From the human T2T-CHM13v2.0 reference genome, Homo sapiens: a stretch of 64,000 bases of DNA. Below are positions 12,701 to 27,000 of the stretch, piece by piece; the stretch's first letter is position 1; each line of letters begins with the position of its first letter. The translations under genes were made by a program, and so were the position numbers. Where the stretch lies: the NCBI RefSeq assembly GCF_009914755.1, contig NC_060938.1. One strand, 5' to 3'. The notes below the pieces were generated by a model. The model had not been told where the DNA came from and made no database searches. It was given only the letters and a program-made list of their open reading frames with translations.

Positions 12701-15700
12701 TGCACACATCACAAAGAAGTTTCTGAGGATGCTGCTGTCTACTTTTTATACGTAATCCCGTTTCCAACGAAATCCTCCAAGCTATCCAAATATCCACTTG
12801 CAGATTCCACAGAAAGACTGTTTCAAAACTGCTCTGTCAATAGAAAGGTTCAACTCTGTTAGCTGCGTGCATATATCCCAAAGAAGATTCTGAGATTGCT
12901 TCTGTCTACTTTTTATGGGAAGATATTTCCCTTTTCACCGTAGGTGTCAAGGCGCTCCAAATGTCCACTTCCAGATACTACAAAAAGAGTGTTTCTAACC
13001 TACTCTGTGAAAGGGAATATTCAACTCTGTGACTTGAATGCACATATCACAAAGAAGTTTCTGAGAATGCTTCTGTCGAGATTTTATATGAAGATATTCC
13101 CGTTTCCAACGAAATCCTGAAATCTATCCAAATATCCCCTCGCAGATTCTACAAAAAGAGTGTTTCAAAACTGCTCTGTGAAAAGGAAGGTTCAACTCTG
13201 TTAGTTGAGTACACACATCACAAACAAGTTTCACGGAATGCTTCTTTCTAGCTTGTAGGGAAAGATATTCCCTTTATCACCATGGGCCTCCAACCGTCCG
13301 AAACATCCACTTCCATATACTACAAAAAGAGCGTTTCAAACCTGCTCTATGAAAGGCAATGTTCAACTCTGTGACTTGAATGCAGACATCACAGAGCAGT
13401 TTCTGAGAATGCTTCTGTCTAGATTTTATAGGAAGCTATTCCCGTTTCCAACGAAATCTTCACAGCTATCCAAATATCCACTTGCAGATTCTACAAAAAG
13501 AGTGTATCAAAACTGCTCTGTCAAAAGGAAGGTTCTTTTCTGTTAGGTGAGTGCATACGTCATAAAGGAGTTTCTGAGAATGTTTCTGTCTAGTGGTTAT
13601 GGGAAGATATTTGCTTTTTCACCGTAGGCCTCAGAGGGCTCCAAATATCCACTTGCACATACTACAAAAAGAGTGCCTCAAAGCTGCTCTCTGAAACGGA
13701 ATGTGCAACTCTATGAGTTGAATGCAAACATCGCAAAGACGTTTCTGAGAATGCTTCTGTCTAGATTTGATATGAAGATATTCCCGTTTCCAACGAAATC
13801 TTCAAATCTATCCAAATGTCCACTTGCAGATTCAACAAAAAGTGTTTTTCAGAACTGCTCTATCAAAAGAAAGATCCACCTCTGTTAGCTGAGTTCACAC
13901 ATCACAAACAAGTTTATGAGAATGCTTCTGTCTAGTTTTTATTTGAAGATATTTCCTTTCTCACCATAGAGCTGAAAGCTGTCCTAATGTTCACTTCCAG
14001 ATACTACAGAAAGAGTGTTTCAAAACTGCTGTACGAAAGGGAATGTTCAACTCTGTGACTTGAATGCACACATCACAAAGAAGTTTCTGAGGATGCTGCT
14101 GTCTACTTTTTATACGTAATCCCGTTTCCAACGAAATCCTCCAAGCTATCCAAATATCCACTTGCAGATTCCACAGAAAGACTGTTTCAAAACTGCTCTG
14201 TCAATAGAAAGGTTCAACTCTGTTAGCTGCGTGCATATATCCCAAAGAAGATTCTGAGATTGCTTCTGTCTAGTTTTTATGGGAAGATATTTCCCTTTTC
14301 ACCGTAGGCGTCCAGGCGCTCCAAATGTCCACTTCCAGATACTACAAAAAGAGTGTTTCAAACCTACTCTGTGAAAGGGAATATTCAACTCTGTGACTTG
14401 AATGCACATATCACAAGGAAGTTTCTGAGAATGCTTCTGTCGAGATTTTATATGAAGATATTCCCGTTTCCAACGAAATCCTGAAATCTATCCAAATATC
14501 CCCTCGCAGATTCTACAAAAAGAGTGTTTCAAAACTGCTCTCTAAAAAGGAAGGTTCAACTCTGTTAGTTGAGTACACACATCACAAACAAGTTTCACAG
14601 AATGCTTCTTTCTAGCTTGTAGGGGAAGATATTCCCTTTATCACCATGGGCCTCCAACCGTCCGATAAGTCCACTTCCATATACTACAAAAAGAGCGTTT
14701 CAAACCTGCTCTATGAAAGGCAATGTTCAACTCTGTGACTTGAATGCAGACATCACAGAGCAGTTTCTGAGAATGCTTCTGTCTAGATTTTATAGGAAGA
14801 TATTCCCGTTTCCAACGAAATCTTCACAGCTATCCAAATATCCACTTGCAGATTCTACAAAAAGAGTGTATCAAAACTGCTCTGTCAAAAGGAAGGTTCT
14901 TCTCTGTTAGGTGAGTGCATACGTCATAAAGGAGTTTCTGAGAATGTTTCTGTCTAGTGGTTATGGGAAGATATTTGCTTTTTCACCGTAGGCCTCAGAG
15001 CGCTCCAAATATCCACTTGCACATACTACAAAAAGAGTGCTTCAAAGCTGGTCTCTGAAACGGAATGTTCAACTCTATGAGTTGAATGCAAACATCACAA
15101 AGACGTTTCTGAGAATGCTTCTGTCTAGATTTGATATGAAGATATTCCCGTTTCCAACGAAATCTTCAAATCTATCCAAATGTCCACTTGCAGATTCAAC
15201 AAAAAGTGTTTTTCAGAACTGCTCTATCAAAAGAAAGATCCACCTCTGTTAGCTGAGTTCACACATCACAAACAAGTTTATGAGAATGCTTCTGTCTAGT
15301 TTTTATTTGAAGATATTTCCTTTCTCACCATAGAGGTGAAAGCTGTCCTAATGTTCACTTCCAGATACTACAGAAAGAGTGTTTCAAAACTGCTGTACGA
15401 AAGGGAATGTTCAACTCTGTGACTTGAATGCACACATCACAAAGAAGTTTCTGAGGATGCTGCTGTCTACTTTTTATACGTAATCCCGTTTCCAACGAAA
15501 TCCTCCAAGCTATCCAAATATCCACTTGCAGATTCCACAGAAAGGCTGTTTCAAAACTGCTCTGTCAATAGAAAGGTTCAACTCTGTTAGCTGCGTGCAT
15601 ATATCCCAAAGAAGATTCTGAGATTGCTTCTGTCTAGTTTTTATGGGAAGATATTTCCCTTTTCACCGTAGGTGTCAAGGCGCTCCAAATGTCCACTTCC

Positions 15701-18700
15701 AGATACTACAAAAAGAGTGTTTCCAACCTACTCTGTGAAAGGGAATATTCAACTCTGTGACTTGAATGCACATATCACAAAGAAGTTTCTGAGAATGCTT
15801 CTGTCGAGATTTTATATGAAGATATTCCCGTTTCCAACGAAATCCTGAAATGTATCCAAATATCCCCTCGCAGATTCTACAAAAAGAGTGTTTCAAAACT
15901 GCTCTGTAAAAAGAAAGGTTCAACTCTGTTAGTTGAGTACACACATCACAAACAAGTTTCACACAATGCTTCTTTCTAGCTTGTAGGGGAAGATATTCCC
16001 TTTATCACCATGGGCCTCAAACCGTCTGAAACGTCCACTTCCATATACTACAAAAAGAGCATTTCAAACCTGCTCTATGAAAGGCAATGTTCAACTCTGT
16101 GACTTGAATGCAGACATCACAGAGCAGTTTCTGAGAATGCTTCTGTCTAGATTTTATAGGAAGATATTCCCGTTTCCAACGAAATCTTCACAGCTATCCA
16201 AATATCCACTTGCAGATTCTACAAAAAGAGTGTATCAAAACTGCTCTGTCAAAAGGAAGGTTCTTCTCTGTTAGGTGAGTGCATACGTCATAAAGGAGTT
16301 TCTGAGAATGTTTCTGTCTAGTGGTTATGGGAAGATATTTCCTTTTTCCCCGTAGGCCTCAGGGCGCTCCAAATGTCCACTTGCACATGCTACAAAAAGA
16401 GTGCTTCAAAGCTGCTCTCTGAAAGGGAATGTTCAACTCTATGAGTTGAATGCAAACATCACAAAGACGTTTCTGAGAATGCTTCTGTCTAGATTTGATA
16501 TGAAGATATTCCCGTTTCCAACGAAATCTTCAAATCTATCCAAATGTCCACTTGCAGATTCAACAAAAAGTGTTTTTCAGAACTGCTCTATCAAAAGAAA
16601 GATCCACCTCTGTTAGCTGAGTTCAGACATCACAAACAAGTTTATGAGAATGCTTCTGTCTAGTTTTTATTTGAAGATATTTCCTTTCTCACCATAGACC
16701 TGAAAGCTGTCCTAATGTTCACTTCCAGTTACTACAGAAAGAGTGTTTCAAAACTGCTGTACGAAAGGGAATGTTCAACTCTGTGACTTGAATGCACACA
16801 TCACAAAGAAGTTTCTGAGGATGCTGCTGTCTACTTTTTATACTTAATCCCGTTTCCAACGAAATCCTCCAAGCTATCCAAATATCCACTTGCAGATTCC
16901 ACAGAAAGACTGTTTCAAAACTGCTCTGTCAATAGAAAGGTTCAACTCTGTTAGCTGCGTGCATATATCCCAAAGAAGATTCTGAGATTGCTTCTGTCTA
17001 GTTTTTATGGGAAGATATTTCCCTTTTCACCGTAGGCGTCAAGGCGCTCCAAATGTCCACTTCCAGATACTACAAAAAGAGTGTTTCAAACCTACTCTGT
17101 GAAAGGGAATATTCAACTCTGTGACTTGAATGCACATATCACAAGGAAGTTTCTGAGAATGCTTCTGTCGAGATTTTATATGAAGATATTCCCGTTTCCA
17201 ACGAAATCCTGAAATCTATCCAAATATCCCCTCGCAGATTCTACAAAAAGAGTGTTTCAAAACTGCTCTGTAAAAAGAAAGGTTCAACTCTGTTAGTTGA
17301 GTACACACATCACAAACAAGTTTCACAGAATGCTTCTTTCTAGCTTGTAGGGGAAGATATTCCCTTTATCACCATGGGCCTCAAACCGTCCGATAAGTCC
17401 ACTTCCATATACTACAAAAAGAGCGTTTCAAACCTGCTCTATGAAAGGCAATGTTCAACTCTGTGACTTGAATGCAGACATCACAGAGCAGTTTCTGAGA
17501 ATGCTTCTGTCTAGATTTTATAGGAAGATATTCCCGTTTCCAACGAAATCTTCACAGCTATCCAAATATCCACTTGCAGATTCTACAAAAAGAGTGTATC
17601 AAAACTGCTCTGTCAAAAGGAAGGTTCTTTTCTGTTAGGTGAGTGCATACGTCATAAAGGAGTTTCTGAGAATGTTTCTGTCTAGTGGTTATGGGAAGAT
17701 ATTTGCTTTTTCACCGTAGGCCTCAGAGCGCTCCAAATATCCACTTGCACATACTACAAAAAGAGTGCCTCAAAGCTGCTCTCTGAAACGGAATGTTCAA
17801 CTCTATGAGTTGAATGCAAACATCGCAAAGACGTTTCTGAGAATGCTTCTGTCTAGATTTGATATGAAGATATTCCCGTTTCCAACGAAATCTTCAAATC
17901 TATCCAAATGTCCACTTGCAGATTCAACAAAAAGTGTTTTTCAGAACTGCTCTATCAAAAGAAAGATCCACCTCTGTTAGCTGAGTTCACACATCACAAA
18001 CAAGTTTATGAGAATGCTTCTGTCTAGTTTTTATTTGAAGATATTTCCTTTCTCACCATAGAGCTGAAAGCTGTCCTAATGTTCACTTCCAGATACTACA
18101 GAAAGAGTGTTTCAAAACTGCTGTACGAAAGGGAATGTTCAACTCTGTGACTTGAATGCACACATCACAAAGAAGTTTCTGAGGATGCTGCTGTCTACTT
18201 TTTATACGTAATCCCGTTTCCAACGAAATCCTCCAAGCTATCCAAATATCCACTTGCAGATTCCACAGAAAGACTGTTTCAAAACTGCTCTGTCAATAGA
18301 AAGGTTCAACTCTGTTAGCTGCGTGCATATATCCCAAAGAAGATTCTGAGATTGCTTCTGTCTAGTTTTTATGGGAAGATATTTCCCTTTTCACCGTAGG
18401 TGTCAAGGCGCTCCAAATGTCCACTTCCAGATACTACAAAAAGAGTGTTTCAAACCTACTCTGTGAAAGGGAATATTCAACTCTGTGACTTGAATGCACA
18501 TATCACAAAGAAGTTTCTGAGAATGCTTCTGTCGAGATTTTATATGAAGATATTCCCGTTTCCAACGAAATGCTGAAATCTATCCAAATATCCCCTCGCA
18601 GATTCTACAAAAAGAGTGTTTCAAAACTGCTCTGTGAAAAGAAAGGTTCAACTCTGTTAGTTGAGTACACACATCACAAACAAGTTTCACAGAATGCTTC

Positions 18701-21700
18701 TTTCTAGCTTGTAGGGGAAGATATTCCCTTTATCACCATGGGCCTCAAACCGTCCGAAAAGTCCACTTCCATATACTACAAAAAGAGCGTTTCAAACCTG
18801 CTCTATGAAAGGCAATGTTCAACTCTGTGACTTGAATGCAGACATCACAGAGCAGTTTCTGAGAATGCTTCTGTCTAGATTTTATAGGAAGATATTCCCG
18901 TTTCCAACGAAATCTTCACAGCTATCCAAATATCCACTTGCAGATTCTACAAAAAGAGTGTATCAAAACTGCTCTGTCAAAAGGAAGGTTCTTTTCTGTT
19001 AGGTGAGTGCATACGTCATAAAGGAGTTTCTGAGAATGTTTCTGTCTAGTGGTTATGGGAAGATATTTGCTTTTTCACCGTAGGCCTCAGAGCGCTCCAA
19101 ATATCCACTTGCACATACTACAAAAAGAGTGCCTCAAAGCTGCTCTCTGAAACGGAATGTTCAACTCTATGAGTTGAATGCAAACATCGCAAAGACGTTT
19201 CTGAGAATGCTTCTGTCTAGATTTGATATGAAGATATTCCCGTTTCCAACGAAATCTTCAAATCTATCCAAATGTCCACTTGCAGATTCAACAAAAAGTG
19301 TTTTTCAGAACTGCTCTATCAAAAGAAAGATCCACCTCTGTTAGCTGAGTTCACACATCACAAACAAGTTTATGAGAATGCTTCTGTCTAGTTTTTATTT
19401 GAAGATATTTCCTTTCTCACCATAGAGCTGAAAGCTGTCCTAATGTTCACTTCCAGATACTACAGAAAGAGTGTTTCAAAACTGCTGTACGAAAGGGAAT
19501 GTTCAACTCTGTGACTTGAATGCACACATCACAAAGAAGTTTCTGAGGATGCTGCTGTCTACTTTTTATACGTAATCCCGTTTCCAACGAAATCCTCCAA
19601 GCTATCCAAATATCCACTTGCAGATTCCACAGAAAGACTGTTTCAAAACTGCTCTGTCAATAGAAAGGTTCAACTCTGTTAGCTGCGTGCATATATCCCA
19701 AAGAAGATTCTGAGATTGCTTCTGTCTACTTTTTATGGGAAGATATTTCCCTTTTCACCGTAGGTGTCAAGGCGCTCCAAATGTCCACTTCCAGATACTA
19801 CAAAAAGAGTGTTTCTAACCTACTCTGTGAAAGGGAATATTCAACTCTGTGACTTGAATGCACATATCACAAAGAAGTTTCTGAGAATGCTTCTGTCGAG
19901 ATTTTATATGAAGATATTCCCGTTTCCAACGAAATCCTGAAATCTATCCAAATATCCCCTCGCAGATTCTACAAAAAGAGTGTTTCAAAACTGCTCTGTG
20001 AAAAGGAAGGTTCAACTCTGTTAGTTGAGTACACACATCACAAACAAGTTTCACGGAATGCTTCTTTCTAGCTTGTAGGGAAAGATATTCCCTTTATCAC
20101 CATGGGCCTCCAACCGTCCGAAACATCCACTTCCATATACTACAAAAAGAGCGTTTCAAACCTGCTCTATGAAAGGCAATGTTCAACTCTGTGACTTGAA
20201 TGCAGACATCACAGAGCAGTTTCTGAGAATGCTTCTGTCTAGATTTTATAGGAAGCTATTCCCGTTTCCAACGAAATCTTCACAGCTATCCAAATATCCA
20301 CTTGCAGATTCTACAAAAAGAGTGTATCAAAACTGCTCTGTCAAAAGGAAGGTTCTTTTCTGTTAGGTGAGTGCATACGTCATAAAGGAGTTTCTGAGAA
20401 TGTTTCTGTCTAGTGGTTATGGGAAGATATTTGCTTTTTCACCGTAGGCCTCAGAGGGCTCCAAATATCCACTTGCACATACTACAAAAAGAGTGCCTCA
20501 AAGCTGCTCTCTGAAACGGAATGTGCAACTCTATGAGTTGAATGCAAACATCGCAAAGACGTTTCTGAGAATGCTTCTGTCTAGATTTGATATGAAGATA
20601 TTCCCGTTTCCAACGAAATCTTCAAATCTATCCAAATGTCCACTTGCAGATTCAACAAAAAGTGTTTTTCAGAACTGCTCTATCAAAAGAAAGATCCACC
20701 TCTGTTAGCTGAGTTCACACATCACAAACAAGTTTATGAGAATGCTTCTGTCTAGTTTTTATTTGAAGATATTTCCTTTCTCACCATAGAGCTGAAAGCT
20801 GTCCTAATGTTCACTTCCAGATACTACAGAAAGAGTGTTTCAAAACTGCTGTACGAAAGGGAATGTTCAACTCTGTGACTTGAATGCACACATCACAAAG
20901 AAGTTTCTGAGGATGCTGCTGTCTACTTTTTATACGTAATCCCGTTTCCAACGAAATCCTCCAAGCTATCCAAATATCCACTTGCAGATTCCACAGAAAG
21001 ACTGTTTCAAAACTGCTCTGTCAATAGAAAGGTTCAACTCTGTTAGCTGCGTGCATATATCCCAAAGAAGATTCTGAGATTGCTTCTGTCTAGTTTTTAT
21101 GGGAAGATATTTCCCTTTTCACCGTAGGCGTCCAGGCGCTCCAAATGTCCACTTCCAGATACTACAAAAAGAGTGTTTCAAACCTACTCTGTGAAAGGGA
21201 ATATTCAACTCTGTGACTTGAATGCACATATCACAAGGAAGTTTCTGAGAATGCTTCTGTCGAGATTTTATATGAAGATATTCCCGTTTCCAACGAAATC
21301 CTGAAATCTATCCAAATATCCCCTCGCAGATTCTACAAAAAGAGTGTTTCAAAACTGCTCTCTAAAAAGGAAGGTTCAACTCTGTTAGTTGAGTACACAC
21401 ATCACAAACAAGTTTCACAGAATGCTTCTTTCTAGCTTGTAGGGGAAGATATTCCCTTTATCACCATGGGCCTCCAACCGTCCGATAAGTCCACTTCCAT
21501 ATACTACAAAAAGAGCGTTTCAAACCTGCTCTATGAAAGGCAATGTTCAACTCTGTGACTTGAATGCAGACATCACAGAGCAGTTTCTGAGAATGCTTCT
21601 GTCTAGATTTTATAGGAAGATATTCCCGTTTCCAACGAAATCTTCACAGCTATCCAAATATCCACTTGCAGATTCTACAAAAAGAGTGTATCAAAACTGC

Positions 21701-24011
21701 TCTGTCAAAAGGAAGGTTCTTCTCTGTTAGGTGAGTGCATACGTCATAAAGGAGTTTCTGAGAATGTTTCTGTCTAGTGGTTATGGGAAGATATTTGCTT
21801 TTTCACCGTAGGCCTCAGAGCGCTCCAAATATCCACTTGCACATACTACAAAAAGAGTGCTTCAAAGCTGGTCTCTGAAACGGAATGTTCAACTCTATGA
21901 GTTGAATGCAAACATCACAAAGACGTTTCTGAGAATGCTTCTGTCTAGATTTGATATGAAGATATTCCCGTTTCCAACGAAATCTTCAAATCTATCCAAA
22001 TGTCCACTTGCAGATTCAACAAAAAGTGTTTTTCAGAACTGCTCTATCAAAAGAAAGATCCACCTCTGTTAGCTGAGTTCACACATCACAAACAAGTTTA
22101 TGAGAATGCTTCTGTCTAGTTTTTATTTGAAGATATTTCCTTTCTCACCATAGAGGTGAAAGCTGTCCTAATGTTCACTTCCAGATACTACAGAAAGAGT
22201 GTTTCAAAACTGCTGTACGAAAGGGAATGTTCAACTCTGTGACTTGAATGCACACATCACAAAGAAGTTTCTGAGGATGCTGCTGTCTACTTTTTATACG
22301 TAATCCCGTTTCCAACGAAATCCTCCAAGCTATCCAAATATCCACTTGCAGATTCCACAGAAAGGCTGTTTCAAAACTGCTCTGTCAATAGAAAGGTTCA
22401 ACTCTGTTAGCTGCGTGCATATATCCCAAAGAAGATTCTGAGATTGCTTCTGTCTAGTTTTTATGGGAAGATATTTCCCTTTTCACCGTAGGTGTCAAGG
22501 CGCTCCAAATGTCCACTTCCAGATACTACAAAAAGAGTGTTTCCAACCTACTCTGTGAAAGGGAATATTCAACTCTGTGACTTGAATGCACATATCACAA
22601 AGAAGTTTCTGAGAATGCTTCTGTCGAGATTTTATATGAAGATATTCCCGTTTCCAACGAAATCCTGAAATGTATCCAAATATCCCCTCGCAGATTCTAC
22701 AAAAAGAGTGTTTCAAAACTGCTCTGTAAAAAGAAAGGTTCAACTCTGTTAGTTGAGTACACACATCACAAACAAGTTTCACACAATGCTTCTTTCTAGC
22801 TTGTAGGGGAAGATATTCCCTTTATCACCATGGGCCTCAAACCGTCTGAAACGTCCACTTCCATATACTACAAAAAGAGCATTTCAAACCTGCTCTATGA
22901 AAGGCAATGTTCAACTCTGTGACTTGAATGCAGACATCACAGAGCAGTTTCTGAGAATGCTTCTGTCTAGATTTTATAGGAAGATATTCCCGTTTCCAAC
23001 GAAATCTTCACAGCTATCCAAATATCCACTTGCAGATTCTACAAAAAGAGTGTATCAAAACTGCTCTGTCAAAAGGAAGGTTCTTCTCTGTTAGGTGAGT
23101 GCATACGTCATAAAGGAGTTTCTGAGAATGTTTCTGTCTAGTGGTTATGGGAAGATATTTCCTTTTTCCCCGTAGGCCTCAGGGCGCTCCAAATGTCCAC
23201 TTGCACATGCTACAAAAAGAGTGCTTCAAAGCTGCTCTCTGAAAGGGAATGTTCAACTCTATGAGTTGAATGCAAACATCACAAAGACGTTTCTGAGAAT
23301 GCTTCTGTCTAGATTTGATATGAAGATATTCCCGTTTCCAACGAAATCTTCAAATCTATCCAAATGTCCACTTGCAGATTCAACAAAAAGTGTTTTTCAG
23401 AACTGCTCTATCAAAAGAAAGATCCACCTCTGTTAGCTGAGTTCAGACATCACAAACAAGTTTATGAGAATGCTTCTGTCTAGTTTTTATTTGAAGATAT
23501 TTCCTTTCTCACCATAGACCTGAAAGCTGTCCTAATGTTCACTTCCAGTTACTACAGAAAGAGTGTTTCAAAACTGCTGTACGAAAGGGAATGTTCAACT
23601 CTGTGACTTGAATGCACACATCACAAAGAAGTTTCTGAGGATGCTGCTGTCTACTTTTTATACTTAATCCCGTTTCCAACGAAATCCTCCAAGCTATCCA
23701 AATATCCACTTGCAGATTCCACAGAAAGACTGTTTCAAAACTGCTCTGTCAATAGAAAGGTTCAACTCTGTTAGCTGCGTGCATATATCCCAAAGAAGAT
23801 TCTGAGATTGCTTCTGTCTAGTTTTTATGGGAAGATATTTCCCTTTTCACCGTAGGCGTCAAGGCGCTCCAAATGTCCACTTCCAGATACTACAAAAAGA
23901 GTGTTTCAAACCTACTCTGTGAAAGGGAATATTCAACTCTGTGACTTGAATGCACATATCACAAGGAAGTTTCTGAGAATGCTTCTGTCGAGATTTTATA
24001 TGAAGATATTC
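9747..24011. repeat. Tandem duplication of a 5-HOR block (period 6820 bp)
   Basis: Rare variants recur at +6820: ggaagctatt at 13431/20251, tcagagggct at 13631/20451, agctggtctct near 15046/21866, tagaggtgaa at 15331/22151, and the 95-aa minus ORF at 15675/22495. Confidence 0.85.
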
Positions 24012-27000
24012 TCGTTTACAACGAAATCCTGAAATCTATCCAAATATCCCCTCGCAGATTCTACAAAAAGAGTGTTTCAAAACTGCTCTGTAAAAAGAAA
24101 GGTTCAACTCTGTTAGTTGAGTACACACATCACAAACAAGTTTCACAGAATGCTTCTTTCTAGCTTGTAGGGGAAGATATTCCCTTTATCACCATGGGCC
24201 TCCAACCGTCCGAAACATCCACTTCCATATACTACAAAAAGAGCGTTTCAAACCTGCTCTATGAAAGGCAATGTTCAACTCTGTGACTTGAATGCAGACA
24301 TCACAGAGCAGTTTCTGAGAATGCTTCTGTCTAGATTTTATAGGAAGATATTCCCGTTTCCAACGAAATCTTCACAGCTATCCAAATATCCACTTGCAGA
24401 TTCTACAAAAAGAGTGTATCAAAACTGCTCTGTCAAAAGGAAGGTTCTTCTCTGTTAGGTGAGTGCATACGTCATAAAGGAGTTTCTGAGAATGTTTCTG
24501 TCTAGTGGTTATGGGAAGATATTTGCTTTTTCCCCGTAGGCCTCAGGGCGCTCCAAATGTCCACTTGCACATGCTACAAAAAGAGTGCTTCAAAGCTGCT
24601 CTCTGAAAGGGAATGTTCAACTCTATGAGTTGAATGCAAACATCACAAAGACGTTTCTGAGAATGCTTCTGTCTAGATTTGATATGAAGATATTCCCGTT
24701 TCCAACGAAATCTTCAAATCTATCCAAATGTCCACTTGCAGATTCAACAAAAAGTGTTTTTCAGAACTGCTCTATCAAAAGAAAGATCCACCTCTGTTAG
24801 CTGAGTTCAGACATCACAAACAAGTTTATGAGAATGCTTCTGTCTAGTTTTTATTTGAAGATATTTCCTTTCTCACCATAGACCTGAAAGCTGTCCTAAT
24901 GTTCACTTCCAGTTACTACAGAAAGAGTGTTTCAAAACTGCTGTACGAAAGGGAATGTTCAACTCTGTGACTTGAATGCACACATCACAAAGAAGTTTCT
25001 GAGGATGCTGCTGTCTACTTTTTATACGTAATCCCGTTTCCAACGAAATCCTTCAAGCTATCCAAATATCCACTTGCAGATTCCACAGAAAGACTGTTTC
25101 AAAACTGCTCTGTCAATAGAAAGGTTCAACTCTGTTAGCTGCGTGCATATATCCCAAAGAAGATTCTGAGATTGCTTCTGTCTAGTTTTTATGGGAAGAT
25201 ATTTCCCTTTTCACCGTAGGCGTCCAGGCGCTCCAAATGTCCACTTCCAGATACTACAAAAAGAGTGTTTCAAACCTACTCTGTGAAAGGGAATATTCAA
25301 CTCTGTGACTTGAATGCACATATCACAAGGAAGTTTCTGAGAATGCTTCTGTCGAGATTTTATATGAAGATATTCCCGTTTCCAACGAAATGCTGAAATG
25401 TATCCAAATATCCCCTCGCAGATTCTACAAAAAGAGTGTTTCAAAACTGCTCTGTAAAAAGAAAGGTTCAACTCTGTTAGTTGAGTACACACATCACAAA
25501 CTAGTTTCACAGAATGCTTCTTTCTAGCTTGTAGGGGAAGATATTCCCTTTATCACCATGGGCCTCAAACCGTCCGAAAAGTCCACTTCCATATACTACA
25601 AAAAGAGCGTTTCAAACCTGCTCTATGAAAGGCAATGTTCAACTCTGTGACTTGAATGCAGACATCACAGAGCAGTTTCTGAGAATGCTTCTGTCTAGAT
25701 TTTATAGGAAGATATTCCCGTTTCCAACGAAATCTTCACAGCTATCCAAATATCCACTTGCAGATTCTACAAAAAGAGTGTATCAAAACTGCTCTGTCAA
25801 AAGGAAGGTTCTTTTCTGTTAGGTGAGTGCATACGTCATAAAGGAGTTTCTGAGAATGTTTCTGTCTAGTGGTTATGGGAAGATATTTGCTTTTTCACCG
25901 TAGGCCTCAGAGCGCTCCAAATATCCACTTGCACATACTACAAAAAGAGTGCCTCAAAGCTGCTCTCTGTAACGGAATGTTCAACTCTATGAGTTGAATG
26001 CAAACATCACAAAGACGTTTCTGAGAATGCTTCTGTCTAGATTTGATATGAAGATCTTCCCGTTTCCAACGAAATCTTCAAATCTATCCAAATGTCCACT
26101 TGCAGATTCAACAGAAAGTGTTTTTCAGAACTGCTCTATCAAAAGAAAGATCCACCTCTGTTAGCTGAGTTCAGACATCACAAACAAGTTTATGAGAATG
26201 CTTCTGTCTAGTTTTTATTTGAAGATATTTCCTTTCTCACCATAGACCTGAAAGCTGTCCTAATGTTCACTTCCAGTTACTACAGAAAGAGTGTTTCAAA
26301 ACTGCTGTACGAAAGGGAATGTTCAACTCTGTGACTTGAATGCACACATCACAAAGAAGTTTCTGAGGATGCTGCTGTCTACTTTTTATACTTAATCCCG
26401 TTTCCAACGAAATCCTCCAAGCTATCCAAATATCCACTTGCAGATTCCACAGAAAGACTGTTTCAAAACTGCTCTGTCAATAGAAAGGTTCAACTCTGTT
26501 AGCTGCGTGCATATATCCCAAAGAAGATTCTGAGATTGCTTCTGTCTAGTTTTTATGGGAAGATATTTCCCTTTTCACCGTAGGCGTCAAGGCGCTCCAA
26601 ATGTCCACTTCCAGATACTACAAAAAGAGTGTTTCAAACCTACTCTGTGAAAGGGAATATTCAACTCTGTGACTTGAATGCACATATCACAAGGAAGTTT
26701 CTGAGAATGCTTCTGTCGAGATTTTATATGAAGATATTCCCGTTTCCAACGAAATCCTGAAATCTATCCAAATATCCCCTCGCAGATTCTACAAAAAGAG
26801 TGTTTCAAAACTGCTCTGTAAAAAGAAAGGTTCAACTCTGTTAGTTGAGTACACACATCACAAACAAGTTTCACAGAATGCTTCTTTCTAGCTTGTAGGG
26901 GAAGATATTCCCTTTATCACCATGGGCCTCAAACCGTCCGATAAGTCCACTTCCATATACTACAAAAAGAGCGTTTCAAACCTGCTCTATGAAAGGCAAT

